Shown one piece after another: positions 1 to 12,133 of a stretch of DNA of 64,000 nucleotides. The first letter of the stretch is position 1; the number at the start of each line of letters is the position of its first letter. The stretch spans positions 203,422,001 to 203,486,000 of the forward strand of contig OZ024741.1 in assembly GCA_964016885.1 (NCBI GenBank), read 5' to 3'. A program made the translations under genes and the position numbers. The notes below the pieces were generated by a model that did no database searches, was not told the DNA's origin, and saw only the letters and a list, made by a program, of their open reading frames with translations. The DNA comes from Eledone cirrhosa. Taxonomy: Eukaryota.

Positions 1-457
1 AGAACACACTCACTGTTTGGTTAGTTTTCGCTTCTGTATCTTTTATATCTCCACAGTTAATTCATTTGGTCCTCAATGTTTATCGTTGACTGACCAACGG
101 TAAAAAGTACAGATATAAACACATATATATATAGTCTAACAAAGTTCTTTCGTTGCACATCTGCAACATAGTCAGTGGTACTATTATATTCCTACTGTTG
201 TATTGTATGTCTATAGAAGACATACAATACAACAAGAGGAACATAATAGTGCCACTGTTGATGTTGTAGATGTGCAAAGAAAGAACTTTGTTAGACTATA
301 TATATGTGTTTATATCAGTCAATGATAAACATTGAGGACCAAATGAATTAACTGTGGAGATATAAAAGATACAGAAGCGAAAACTAACCAAACAGTGAGT
401 GTGTTCTGTCATTATTTCTAACAATATTGTTACAACAATATGATCCTCCCCAAGTAT

Positions 458-462
<5 letters not shown>
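1..462. mobile_element. Fold-back (palindromic) PLE pseudo-LTR remnant ending in (TA)n; left arm cut by window edge
   Basis: 1-212 is the reverse complement of 218-407 (loop 213-217, small insertion in left arm). Terminus CCTCCCCAAGTATAACAA resembles the terminus of the 54484-61649 PLE. Decayed hammerhead CTG(TT/AC)(G/T)A-stem-GAAAGAAC in both arms. Confidence 0.7.
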
Positions 463-549
<87 letters not shown>

Positions 550-550
550 G

Positions 551-1370
551 GAATATGAGTTTTTCGAATATTAATAATAATATTCGATTCGTTTGCAATT
601 ATGCAAACAAGCCTCAATTTTAAAGCCATGTCAGTAAAATGAGCCCCTCATTCTTGCTCTTGTGTTGGCATGTAAACAGAACTGCAGACACTAATGTTTC
701 TGGATATTACCCTTGATTAGTACAGTTCACTGTTTACCTGCCAACTGTCAGAGCTAATGAAAATATATGATATTTTCTAAAATATAGTGACTGATCGGCC
801 TAATTTGCATATTAGCAAATCAGCCAGTCTGCTAATATGCAAATCAGGCCGATGAGTCACTGTATATTTTAGAAAATATCATATATTCTTATTAATATTC
901 GAAAAACTCAGATTACTTTTACTGTATTCAGCCATGTAGAGCGAAAATGTTTTTTTTTTTATTTTGAATATGGGAAAGCCGGCGATTAATCGTTCATATA
1001 CAGGAAACTGACTGGTCATCTGCTGATATGCAAATCTGACTGATCACTCAGTCTGCTAATATACAAATCAGGCCGATCAGTCACTGTATATTTTAGAAAA
1101 TATATATTTCCACTAGCTCTGACAGTTGGCATGTGAACAGTGAACTGTACTAATGAAGGGTGATACCCAGAAACATTAGTGTTTGCAGTTCTGTTTACAT
1201 GCCAACACAAGAGCAAGAATGAGGGGCTCATTCTACTGACATGGCTTTAAAAATGAGGCTTGTTTGCATAATTGCAAACGAATCGAATATTATTATTAAT
1301 ATTCGAAAAACTCAGATTACATTTATTGTATTCAGCCTTATAGAGCGAAAATGTATTTGTTTTTTGCTTC
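551..1370. mobile_element. Fold-back hammerhead cassette (non-autonomous PLE-type) between (TA)n and (TG)n
   Basis: 556-818 is inverted at 1054-1314; an internally deleted third copy lies at about 825-951. Confidence 0.7.
1144..1189 (+). ncRNA. Type I hammerhead-like motif with G5A core (inverted copy 681-726)
   Basis: ACTGTA-CTAATGA-aGGGT gat ACCCa-GAAA-CATTAGTG-TT-TGCAGT: helix I ACTGTA/TGCAGT, helix II GGGT/ACCC, near-palindromic helix III. Minus copy has a GTC cleavage triplet but a CTAATCA core. Confidence 0.6.
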
Positions 1371-1416
<46 letters not shown>

Positions 1417-1799
1417 GTAATAACAAAAATAACAAAACAAACGGCACAATACATGGAAGAAATATATTAGTTTGATGCTTGAAAGAGCAGGAAGAGAGTC
1501 TTAACGTCCTTCATCAGAAGAGAAAGATAGAGATAGAAGATAAATAGAAAGTAAAGAATGATGCGAGGAATGAACGGGGGCAATGACAAAAAAGATTGGG
1601 GAGCAAAAGACACGTGCGTATTCAGTTGGCCATTTTGGATATATATATATAGTAGATATGCATATATATATATACATATGCATTTACAACCCCCCCCTCC
1701 CAACACACACACACATGTATATATATATATATACATATAATTAGAAAGTGAACAACACAGAGCACTCTTTTTTCCTTTGGTTTGCCTTCGAAATTACCT

Positions 1800-1869
<70 letters not shown>

Positions 1870-1941
1870 TAAATATATGCATACATATATATATTCATAC
1901 ACATACATACATACGCATATATGTATGTATGCATATATATA

Positions 1942-2394
1942 TTTAGGAGATTAGTATCGGTGTACATATAAAATTACTAGAAAAGACAATAAATGCGGGT
2001 CTGTGTTGTGATAATGTTTTTACTTCACAGAAGTCAAAGGGATTAATATAAATGAATCATTACCCGTGGATCACAACTCCTAGGCTGAAGTGTGTGGAGA
2101 AAAGGAGAGATATTCTCTTGGAGGTGTTAACATCTTCTTAGGTTCTTAGGCTGCTGGTGGCATCCTTCTTGAGTGGCGAAGGAAAATGAGAGAGGAGTCA
2201 TCTCATGATAAGGTCGCAGGTGTTGTTACCACTTTGGGATTCAGGAGAGATCGTCCTAACCTGTTCCTTTTATAGGGTCCGACCGGAAGTGACCAACAGG
2301 GTTCTATCACCCCCAAAGGGAAGCAACTCCAGCTACTTCCTGTCTAGAGAGCGGTGATGAGATTGTCATGACAAGGGAGGCAACTCTTGCTACA
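1942..2394 (-). repeat. 3' LTR (453 bp)
   Basis: Direct repeat of 7465-7928 differing by an 11-bp indel and about 2 substitutions; preceded on the minus strand by purine-rich GGCGGGAGATAA (PPT). Confidence 0.95.
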
Positions 2395-3082
2395 TTATCT
2401 CCCGCCAGATTTTTAAAACATAAAAATCGAATGAAGCATGCATGGAGTAAGATGGCGAGCATGTAAGAGGCATGAAAATTATGATACAATGTAATCAAAG
2501 TAAGAGAAGAGGTCAAAGTTCAAATGTTCAAAATACAGTTCACATGTGTGCAATCACATGACAGCAGGAAAGAATGTGTTCCAGAGAATGAATGCAGGTG
2601 GTTTCGGTCTGTGGTATAACGTGAAATTTCCAACTTCCGAAGGGAATTTCTCACAGGAAGAGTGCTGCAGAAATAAATTCTCTGGCTTGTTCTGCTAGTT
2701 TTGGTTGTTGATGAAGCTGTGTTGTTGTCGTTGATGTTGTGAATGCGTTGACCTGGAAGGGTCAAGAGGCCAGCGACCAGAGAAATAAGCATTCTGAATA
2801 AATGCGCAGTTTTCAACGGCAAATTTACGTGGTAAATTTTTAAACCGGCAAATAGAAGAATATAGCCTAGCGGAAAGAATAAGTAATAGTTGAGATTCAG
2901 CGAAAATAAGTGTTCATATCGAAATGTTTAAAAACATCAAATTTCTTTTAAAATGTTCGTTGTAAGAAGAAACGAAAAACATATATATACATCCAGTGAA
3001 ATGGTAATGAGAGGTACATAGTAATACAATAAATAAATAAATAACAAGAACAGCAAAAAAAAATAAGGCTCCAGAGGCCAGT

Positions 3083-6000
3083 TCACATAAAAATAGTTTG
3101 GCAGAACTTTTTGAGCCAGTGGACTCTCCGACCGGAAAGGGTCGTAGTCTTGTATGTAGGTGAAGGTGGGGCAGAAGGAGCAGGTGTATGCACAAGAGAG
3201 AAAGATTGGGGTATTTGTGGCTCGGGTGTATGAGCGTCATTGTGTGCCCTTTTTAGTCTATCCACCGAAATTGTCTCTCTGGACGCCTTAACGTCTACAG
3301 TGAAATGTTTGTCAGTATGTGCTAACACACGGTAGGGTCCAGAGTATGGTTGTGAGAGGGGTGGTCTCACAGCATCGTTCCTTACGAACACATGGGTCCA
3401 CGAGGCAATATCCCTCGGGACCGCAGGTTTTACAGTTTGTTTCCTCGTATCCATCGGCGGCAGGTCCTGAAAATAAGAACGCAGACGGGATACGTAGGAA
3501 AGCGGATCTTGGAAAGCAAGATCAACAGGGGCAAGCATTTGCCCAGGCAACGCTAGAGGAGCACCGTAAAGTAATTCGGCCGGGGAGAACCCAAGGTCCT
3601 CCTTTATTGATTACCGAATTCCTCACAACACAATAGGGAGGTACTCGCTCCAACGTTGAGAGTCTGGATAGGCGCGAAGAGCGGCCTTTAATTGGCGGTG
3701 GAATCGTTCCACCATTCCATTTGAAGCAGGATGATAGGCTGTGGTCCGAATCCGTTGAGCTCCAATTATCTTTGTGAGCTCAGAGAAGAGATGGGACTCG
3801 AATTGTCTACCACGGTCTGTGGTGACTGTCTGTAGTTGGTACCCTAAAGCGGGTAATCCACCCTGATACCAGGGCACGTGCTACAGTCTCAGCAGTCATG
3901 TCTTGTAATGGGATGGCTTCAGGCCATCGCGAAAAACGATCGACACAGGTCAATATGTATGAATATCCACTGCTGAATGGCCAAGGTCCAACGAGGTCAA
4001 TGTGTATGTGCTGAAACCGAGCATCAGGAGTACTGAAAGTACCAAGTGGAGTCCGGATGTGTTTATGGATTTTCGATTTCTGGCAAGCGATGCAGGAACG
4101 GCACCAAGCAGCAATGTCGCGCCTCATATTTGGCCAGAAGAATCTGGCTGTTATGAGCTTTACTGTGGCAGCAGATCCTGGGTGAGAAATGTTGTGCAAA
4201 GCCAGGAACACAATTCGACGGTGAGTCTCAGGAACAAGTGGTCGTGGTGCATCAGTAGATACATCACATAGAATCTGCCTGTCGGTAGTGGACAAGGGTA
4301 GATATTTGAAAATGCAAGTCGCAACGATTGGAGTGCAGGTTGGTCTGCAGCTAAACGACCTAAGTCGATCTCCTGGGATGACGAGATGGAGCTGATTGGC
4401 AAACGTGACAATGCGTCTGCAGCTATGTTGTGCGAGCCGGCAATGTGCTGGATATCGTTTGTAAATTGTGAAACGTAGTCCAGGTGCCTTGTCTCTCTGG
4501 GCGAATATCTGTCAGCTTTGGCCCTCAAAGCGAAGGTGAACGGTTTGTGGTCGGTAAAAACTGTAAAATTTCTCCCCTCAAGAATATGAGAGAAATGTTT
4601 CACCGACAGATATATGGCTAATAATTCCCGCCTAAATGTGCTATAACGCGTTTCTGCTGGTTTCAACTTCCTCGAGAAAAATGCCAAAGGTTGTTGGTTT
4701 TCAGCGTAGGACTGCTGTAAAACTGCTCCCACAGCGGTATCAGATGCATCAACACAAAGCGAAAGCTTGGCCTCTGGTACCGGGTGGGCTAGCAAAGATG
4801 AACTAGCGAGTGCTGTCTTGGCAGTCTGGAAGTCTTGAAGCTGTTCTTGTGTGTGTCAAGGAAATATCCTCATTCTTCTTACGACGATTTTTTAAAATGT
4901 CAGTAAGGGAAGTAACCAAATTAGCACAATGAGGAACGAAACGCCTATAGAAATTGATTAGGCCTAAGAAGTGACGCAACTGGTGAAGTGTAGTAGGCGG
5001 AGGTAACTCCTGTATGGCTTGAACTCGCTGAGGGAGCGGCCTAATACCTTCGGCGTCGATGGGGTGGCCTAAAAAATTTAGGGAAGTGGAACCGAAATCA
5101 CACTTTGCTGGATTCACACGAACGCGGTAATTCTGAAGTCGCCGAAATAAGAGAAGCATGTGGCGCATATGCTCTTCCGGAGAGGAACTAGCGACGAGAA
5201 TATCGTCTATGTAAGCATAAACGAAGTCCAGACCACGAGTGACCTCGTCTATGAACCGCTGAAAAGTGCTAGCGGCGTTCCTGAGTCCGAAAGGCATGGT
5301 AAAAAATTCGAAGGATCCGAAAGGGGTTGTAATCGCCGTTTTCGGAATATCCTCCTTCCTGACCGGAATTTGGTGGTAGGCTCGCACTAAATCTAACTTT
5401 GAAAAAATCTTACACCCCTGCAGTGAAGATGCAAAATCCTGGAGATGGAGAATGGGATACCTATCCGGGACGGTCATGGCATTTAACCTTGTATAATCCC
5501 CAGTGGGTCTCCAGTCGCCGGAAGTCTTGGGCATTATGTGTAACGGTGAAGCCCAAGGACTCGTAGATGGGCGAATAATGCCCAGCTGCAGCATATGGTC
5601 GAACTCGGACCGTGCTGCCTTTAATTTTTCCGTCGGTAAGCGGCGTGGACGCGAAAACACTGGAGCACCGGTGGTGGAAACGAAATGTTCGGTCGAGTGT
5701 GTTGGCGCAGTGACTCGAAAATTTCCATCCGTGAGCTCCGGGAAAGAACCCAGCAACGAATGGTAGGCGTCTCCAGCGGCAGCGATGAAGAATATGGGGC
5801 TGACTATTGGAGCATTGGCTTCCTGGCCATGAATTGAAAAACCGGTGATGTTATCCACCAGGCGTTGGCCACGGACGTCCACAGTCAAAAAGAAGTTCTG
5901 TAGGAAATCCGTTCCTAAGATGGGGTATGGCAAATCGGCAACCGTAAAAATCCACTTAAAATCCCTACGAAGATTTAGGAATTTGAGAGGAAGCGAGATT

Positions 6001-6197
6001 TGCCCGTACGTCTTTATAGACGAGTGGTTAACTGCATGCAGCGTAACAGATGACTCTATGGGGGTATCTTTCAGGCAATGGACCGGCCAAATACTACAGG
6101 AGGCTCCTGTATCCACGAGGAAACCTCTTCCCGACATTAGGTCCTTAATGAAGAAATGGCGGTTTGGTGGCTTTATGTTGAGGTCAACTGTCCCCAT
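3083..6197 (-). pseudogene. pol: Gypsy pol (protease, RT, RNase H, integrase) broken by several frameshifts
   Basis: LVDTGA protease; [23 protein letters not shown]; CVDASD RNase H; HNISHPG..CRSCIAC HHCC; [26 protein letters not shown] integrase; PYSGPY C-terminal motif. Confidence 0.93.
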
Positions 6198-6221
6198 CAG
6201 CGGACCTCTTAGGCGTTTCCC
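6180..6221 (-). promoter_or_regulatory. Programmed -1 ribosomal frameshift signal (gag-pol)
   Basis: Slippery G_GGA_AAC (6215-6221) in the gag frame, 6-nt spacer, hairpin GAGGTC..GCTG/CAGT..GACCTC; pol lies in the -1 frame with no intervening stop. Confidence 0.8.
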
Positions 6222-6990
6222 GCCTTATGAAAGGAGCAAGGTTGCACGCAGTGATTCGCGTTCTCAGCAAATTGCTCGTGGTACCAGCATAAAGATGAAG
6301 CTGGTGATTTAGAACGACGTCTAAAACTTTGCGATCTCCCGCGACTGCGGGGGCACGAACGGGCACCACACAAGGCCTTCATCTTGTGGAGCTCGATGGT
6401 GAGTTCCTGAATGGACTTTTGCATCGCCATAATGGTTGAGCTGTCTATTGGCGCTGCGGCGTAGATCGCATGGCCGAGTGTGGCCCGAGCTGGGTGGTGA
6501 ACAGCGGCAAGGGGGTTGCTGCCTCCGGCATTCGTCACCTCGAAAACTTTGTCCGCAGAGGCGGCAAGCTGATCCACCGTGCTTGTATCCCTCATGGGGG
6601 CAAAAATTGCCTGTACGTTGGTCGGCAGGCGCGAGAAGAACAACTGCTTCAGCATGGCAGTTTCCGCTACCGACCCCTCCGTTAGGTCCTTCATTCGCCT
6701 TAGGAGGTTCGATTGGGTGCCATCCTCTATATGCTCCAGATGGACCAAAGCACTAAACCTTTTTTCTGAAGAATGTTCTGTCCGGCTGAGTATTTCAGCC
6801 TTCAGAGACGTGTAGGTCGAGTCTGTGGGTGTCTCTAACACCAGGTCCTTAATCGCTGGGAGAATTGCCGGCGGAATTGCACTAAGGACCAGAGGACGTT
6901 GTAGTTCCTCGTCAACTCTGTTCGCCTTGAAAAATGCTTCGAGCTGGGCGAAACATAGCCTTACGTCGCCCGTGTACGTTGGCAGAACAG
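6209..6990 (-). CDS. gag: Gypsy gag (start codon uncertain)
   Basis: Upstream [19 protein letters not shown]-terminal CWYH..F...A..C..PC zinc motif. Confidence 0.85.
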
Positions 6991-7442
6991 ATTGAGAAGC
7001 TATTGGTATACTGTAGGCAATTTACCGTTTGGAAAAATGTCTCCAACGCAACAGAAAAGGAAAACAAAATCGCTTATTTTTCTGTTAAACCACTGGACCG
7101 GAAAAATAATGCATCCGGGACAATATGCAAACAAGCGATTAACTGAATGCTGTTATTACTAAGGTAAGGGCAAAGAACTTAAAACAAAATCCAACATGGC
7201 GGACTATTTCGCGCCAAAAACACTAATGATGGAGAAGAGAGCCTCCATCTTGTCACCCTCAACATTTTTAGCCAGAGAAGAGAAGAGCAGAAAAGGAGAG
7301 AAAAAAAGGCAAAAACATTCATACAATTGCTGTTTGTTTGTGTGTCAATAACTGTGTTCGTTTTGTATTAAATTGTTGGTTTTTTTTTTTCTTCTGTTTT
7401 TTTTTCTATATACAGCTTCTACTATTTTCCCATTTTTTAAAA

Positions 7443-7463
7443 AAATCACGTCGGGGGTCACCA
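7443..7463 (-). promoter_or_regulatory. Primer binding site complementary to tRNA-Trp
   Basis: Minus strand TGGTGACCCCCGACGTGATTT just inside the 5' LTR matches the eukaryotic tRNA-Trp 3' end (TCACGTCGGGGTCACCA) with one extra base. Confidence 0.85.
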
Positions 7464-7464
7464 C

Positions 7465-7928
7465 TTTAGGAGATTAGTATCGGTGTACATATAAAATTAC
7501 TAGAAAAGACAATAAATGCGGGTCTGTGTTGTGATAATGTTTTTACTTCACAGAAGTCAAAGGGATTAATATAAATGAATCATTACCCGTGGATCACAAC
7601 TCCTAGGCTGAAGTGTGTGGAGAAAAGGAGATATATTCTCTTGGAGGTGTTAACATCTTCTTAGGTTCTTAGGCTGCTGGTGGCATCCTTCTTGAGTGGC
7701 GAAGGAAAATGAGAGAGGAGTCATCTCATGATAAGGTCGCAGGTGTTGTTACCACTTTGGGATTCAGGAGGCGAGAGAGGGAGATCGTCCTAACCTGTTC
7801 CTTTTATAGGGTCCGACCGGAAGTGACCAACAGAGTTCTATCACCCCCAAAGGGAAGCAACTCCAGCTACTTCCTGTCTAGAGAGCGGTGATGAGATTGT
7901 CATGACAAGGGAGGCAACTCTTGCTACA
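7465..7928 (-). repeat. 5' LTR (464 bp)
   Basis: Begins TGTAG on the minus strand, ends CTAAA; followed by the PBS. Confidence 0.95.
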
Positions 7929-8094
7929 TATATATATGTATATATATACTTACGGTAAATATTGATGCAATTCAAATCAAGCACTCAACGTACGTTTTCC
8001 ACATAGGAGTGACGGAGTAAATATCGAATAAGTAATGACCCATTTAGGCCTGTACCATAGTTTACTGCTACGCGTCCCGTCTATTATGTAACAA

Positions 8095-8168
8095 GCTGTC
8101 TGATGATGTCACGACACTCGCACACAGAACAGTGTGGCCAGTGTCGTCATTGAAATATATATCACAGC
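8095..8168 (+). ncRNA. Type I hammerhead ribozyme
   Basis: GCTGT-CTGATGA-helix II (ACGACACT/AGTGTCGT, inner CACAC/GTGTG)-GAAA-TATATA-TC-ACAGC. Confidence 0.85.
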
Positions 8169-9391
8169 ATTATTATTAAAGGACTTGAACATCTGAAACT
8201 ACTTCGCTTTTACTTTTTCGATATTTACTCCGTCACTCCTATGTGGAAAAAGTACGTTGAGTGCTTGAATTGAATTGCATCAATATTTACTCTAAGAATT
8301 TAGCTCCAATTAGTTGAGCGCTCTATGATGTAACCGATACGGTGGAGAAGAGAGGAACCAGCCATGAGCTACCCCTGGAAATTCCCTCTATCATGGGGAT
8401 GGAAACCCCTGACACTGGACGGACATAATAGTAACTTCCGGCAGGATAAATACGCGGAAACAAAAACTAAGATAAACCCATATTTTCCTGCACCAAATCG
8501 CTTTTGAACAGAAGCCCCCATCAATTCAATCTATACATTGACAAATTGAAAATCATATGGATCATTTTGCATATATGTACTCTGTGTTTTTGCATTTATT
8601 CATTATTGGTTCTTTTCTTTTGTGTACTTTATATCTGTTTTTCTTTGGTTTTGTTCCATGTGATGGAAATTATGACTGTTTACCAGATTGACCACTGCCT
8701 TGAATACTGTAGTTTACCCTCCGTTCTAATGTACGGCACTATCGTTCAATATGTGGATAGTGTAACTGTGACATTGGAACCCCTCTCAGAACTTCTTACT
8801 TAAACATCTCTCTTCATATTATTTACTCACTTCAATCTATATGTTTTTTTACTCACCTCAATCCGGATTCTCACTGGAAACATTTTTTTATTTCTAATTG
8901 TTAATTATTTAATTGTTTAATTTATAATTTCTGATTTTTGATTTAGGATTTTAATTTTTATTTCCAACTCTCGCTCATAACTTCCAATGTAAAACCATGA
9001 TACCTAGAATTAAGTAGATTTTCTCTTGGGAGTTGATGGTCAGTCGTACTGTCCATGCTTGGTGAGAGGTAGTATTGTGACCTGTAAAAACTAACACTCT
9101 CCTATCCCCTCTGGCCTTCGGCTGACTGCCACAGACGGGACGGGTAGCAGTAAACTATGGTACAGGCCTAAATGGGTCATTGTTTGGCTGAGAGGGTGAA
9201 CTGACTAAGCGAATTTCGTTGAAATCTGCGGTAGCTAATGGTCAACTTCCTTCGGACATGCCCCTGCGCAGACCGGTGGGCGTGAATTGGTACTCATAGG
9301 GGAACGGATGAAGAACCCAAAAGCACACACTTCGCCCGTTCCCATGTCGATTCAATTTGGATTGCCTCGGAAACATAACCTTATGTAACAA

Positions 9392-9465
9392 GCTGTCTGA
9401 TGATGTCACGACACTCGCACACGGAACAGTGTGGCCAGTGTCGTCATTGAAATATATATCACAGC
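9392..9465 (+). ncRNA. Type I hammerhead ribozyme (direct repeat of 8095-8168)
   Basis: Same motif, one loop substitution. Confidence 0.85.
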
Positions 9466-9514
9466 ATTATTATTAAAGGACTTGAACATCTGAAACTACT
9501 TCGCTTTTACTTAT

Positions 9515-9559
<45 letters not shown>

Positions 9560-10134
9560 CTAGCAGAGGTACCCGGCGTTTCTCGGGTATTAAATAGCAG
9601 TTATGTATACCATTTATGTCAATACTTCAGTGCTGCTTCGAAAACTATACTTTTATAAACTCATCGACTTTTTCCAAAAGGGGGTTCCTGCCCTCAGGAG
9701 TCCCCTACTCAATATGTGCCAATTCTGAGAGTTCCCATTCATCTGTAGAACAAACGTATCCCATGTGTCAAGTTTTGTGAAAATCGGTTGCGAACTCCAG
9801 AAGTTATGACGTTTTTTTTGCATTGCACTGCAGTGCTTCAGTCGACTCCAAGGAAGTGGTTAAAGGGCGTTATCCGCCGGGAGGCCCTATAATCAATATC
9901 TGGAAAAATGAAAGTGTCCATGACCATCCGGAGTACATGAGTAACCTATGTCTTAAGTTTGGTGAAAATACTGTAGAAATGCATAAGGTTTACACACACG
10001 CGCGCACGCGCACGTGTGTGTTTGTGTGTATGTATTTGTGTGTGCGTATGTATAAGTATGTGTATGTTCGTCGGTGCATACGTATGTACTGGCCTAAATC
10101 TTCACTATTTATTTTTACTATGTTAAGGCAAAGT

Positions 10135-10248
10135 TAAAATCCCGTCGAGGTTAACTTTGCCTTTCATCCTTACGGGGGTCGATAAAATAAAGTACCAGTA
10201 ATGTACTGTTTAATTGCTGGCCTTGTGCCAAAAGTAGAAACAACTATT
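10135..10248 (+). mobile_element. tRNA-derived SINE fragment
   Basis: CTTTGCCTTTCATCC..GGGGTCGATAAAATAAAGTACCAG..GGCCTTGTGCC shared with four other copies in the window. Confidence 0.8.
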
Positions 10249-10512
10249 TTAATAACCTGTCATTTTCGTTTACAATTTTATTTACATCATTCTTAAACTC
10301 CGGGGCTGGAAATCATTCGGTTATTTTAAATAGAATATTAGGCTAACGACTCCATTTACACCATAAACTTGGTCTTCTCTTTGCATGAAATTGTTCTTCT
10401 CGGTCCACCGCGTCGTTTATACGTAACATAAATAGATAAGCAAATGACGCCATAAAAGGGAAATAACTCGTCTCTCATCTCTATTTATACATTTGAACTG
10501 AAAAATCAATAC

Positions 10513-11046
10513 ATTACAAATTCGATTTTTACACTTGGCGTGGGTCGATTTGAAAATTTATTTGACCGATGGTTCCGCCGGACCTTCATCTATAAGTGTA
10601 GCAATTTCACCGAAATTTGAACGTACGGTTTAAGAGGAGATGTGTGCCGAAGGTTTTAGTAGACAGACAGACAACCTCAGTTTTATATATATAGATTACA
10701 AATTCGATTTTTACACTTGGCGTGGGTCGATTTGAAAATTTATTTGAGCGATGGTTCCGCCGGACCTTCATCTATAAGTGTAGCAATTTCACCGAAATTT
10801 GAACGTACGGTTTAAGAGGAGATGTGTGCCGAAGGTTTTAGTAGACAGACAGACAACCTCAGTTTTATATATATAGATGACATAATCAAAAACAAGAACT
10901 TATTTGAAAATTTATTTGACCGATGGTTCCGCCGGACCTTCATCTATAAGTGTAGCAATTTCACCGAAATTTGAACGTACGGTTTAAGAGATGTGTGCCG
11001 AAGGTTTTAGTAGACAGACAGACAACCTCAGTTTTATATATATAGA
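10513..11046. repeat. Tandem repeat, 182-bp period (2 full units plus a partial third)
   Basis: Units start at 10513, 10695 and (partial) about 10902; each ends in TTTTATATATATAGA. Confidence 0.9.
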
Positions 11047-12105
11047 TTAGGGTAAACATTGATGCAATTCAATTCAAGCACTCAACGTACTTTTCGCATT
11101 TGAACAGAAACCCCTTCAATTCAATCTATACATGGACAGATGGACAATCATATGGATCATTTTGCATATATGTACTCTGTGTTTTTGCATTTATTCACTA
11201 TTGGTTCTGTTCTTTTCTTTTGTGTACTTCATGTCTGTTTTTCTTTGGTTTTGTTCCATGTGATGGAAATTATGACTGTGTAATGGATTGACTAATGCCT
11301 AGAGCCAAGTAGTTTGCCCTCAGTTATAATGTACGGCACTGTCGTTCAATATGTGGATAGAGTAACTGTGACACTGGAATCCCTCTCAGAACATATTACT
11401 TAAACATCTCTCTCCATATTATTTACTCACTTCAGTCTATATTTTTACTCACCTCAATCCGAATTATGACCTGAAAAGAATTTTTTTAATTCTTTAATTT
11501 CTAATTGTTAATTTCTTAATTGTTTAATTTATAATTTCTGATATTTGATTTAGGATTTTAATTTTTATTTCCAACTCTCACTCTTAACTTCCAACGTAAA
11601 ACCATGATACCTAGAATTAAGTTTATCTTCCCTTATAAGGTGATGGTCAGTCCTACCGTCAACGCTTAGTGAGGGGTAGTATTATCTCCCATCCCCTCTG
11701 GCTCTCGGCTGACTGCCACAGCCGTGATGGGTAGCAGTAAAATATGGTACAGGCATTGGTGGGCCATTGTTTTGACTGAGAGGGTGAACTGACTAAGCGA
11801 ATTTCGTTGAAATCTGCGGTGGCTAATGGTCAACTTCCTTCGGACATGCGCTTGCGCAGGCCGGTGGGGGTGAATTGGTACTCACAAGGGAGCGGATGAA
11901 AAACCCCAAAACACGCAATTCATCCGTTCCCATGTCGATCCAATTTGGATTGCCTCGAAAACATAACCTTATTATGTAACAAGCTGTCTGATGATGACAC
12001 GACACTCGCACACAGAACAGTGTGGCCAGTGTCGTCACTGAAATATATATCACAGCATTATTATTAAAGGACTTGAACATCTGAAACTACTTCGCTTTTC
12101 CTTAT
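11047..12105 (+). mobile_element. Retrozyme-like element, copy 2 (diverged, single hammerhead)
   Basis: 11099-12105 aligns with 8503-9520; 11047-11096 is again an inverted piece of the element tail; ends in (TA)n. Confidence 0.75.
11983..12056 (+). ncRNA. Type I hammerhead ribozyme
   Basis: GCTGT-CTGATGA-TGAC..GACACT/AGTGTC-GTCA-ct-GAAA-TATATA-TC-ACAGC. Confidence 0.85.
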
Positions 12106-12133
12106 TATATATATATATATATATATATATTAC

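Larger units (their letters stand above)
1942..7928 (-). mobile_element. Ty3/Gypsy LTR retrotransposon, full length, pol frameshifted
   Basis: Two nearly identical LTRs, PBS, PPT, gag then PR-RT-RH-IN order; TATA on both flanks inside a TA tract. Confidence 0.97.
7948..9520 (+). mobile_element. Retrozyme-like non-coding element, copy 1 (direct-repeat hammerheads 1297 bp apart, inverted fragments at 5' end)
   Basis: 8083-8223 repeated at about 9380-9520; 7948-8036 inverts 8210-8297; 8035-8082 inverts 9132-9182; flanked by TA tracts. Confidence 0.75.
9560..11046 (-). mobile_element. Non-autonomous Helitron with triplicated 5' end
   Basis: Minus-strand 5' A|TCTATATATATAAAA; 3' hairpin ACCCG..CGGGT (9571-9588) followed by CTAG|T; contains a SINE fragment. 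Confidence 0.7.

Noticed and set aside
296-629. ORFs rich in YI/IY, CV or HT repeats here and at 39-39.5, 44-46.8, 50.5, 53.2-54.5 and 61.6-62.1 kb
   Set aside because: Translations of (TA)n and (CA)n microsatellites, not genes.
2520-2822. Possible env-like ORF after the Gypsy integrase
   Set aside because: Only 100 aa, no ATG at the called start, no fusion or transmembrane organisation.
7443-7463. tRNA-Trp gene
   Set aside because: Only the 3' 20 nt are present, adjacent to the LTR; this is a PBS.
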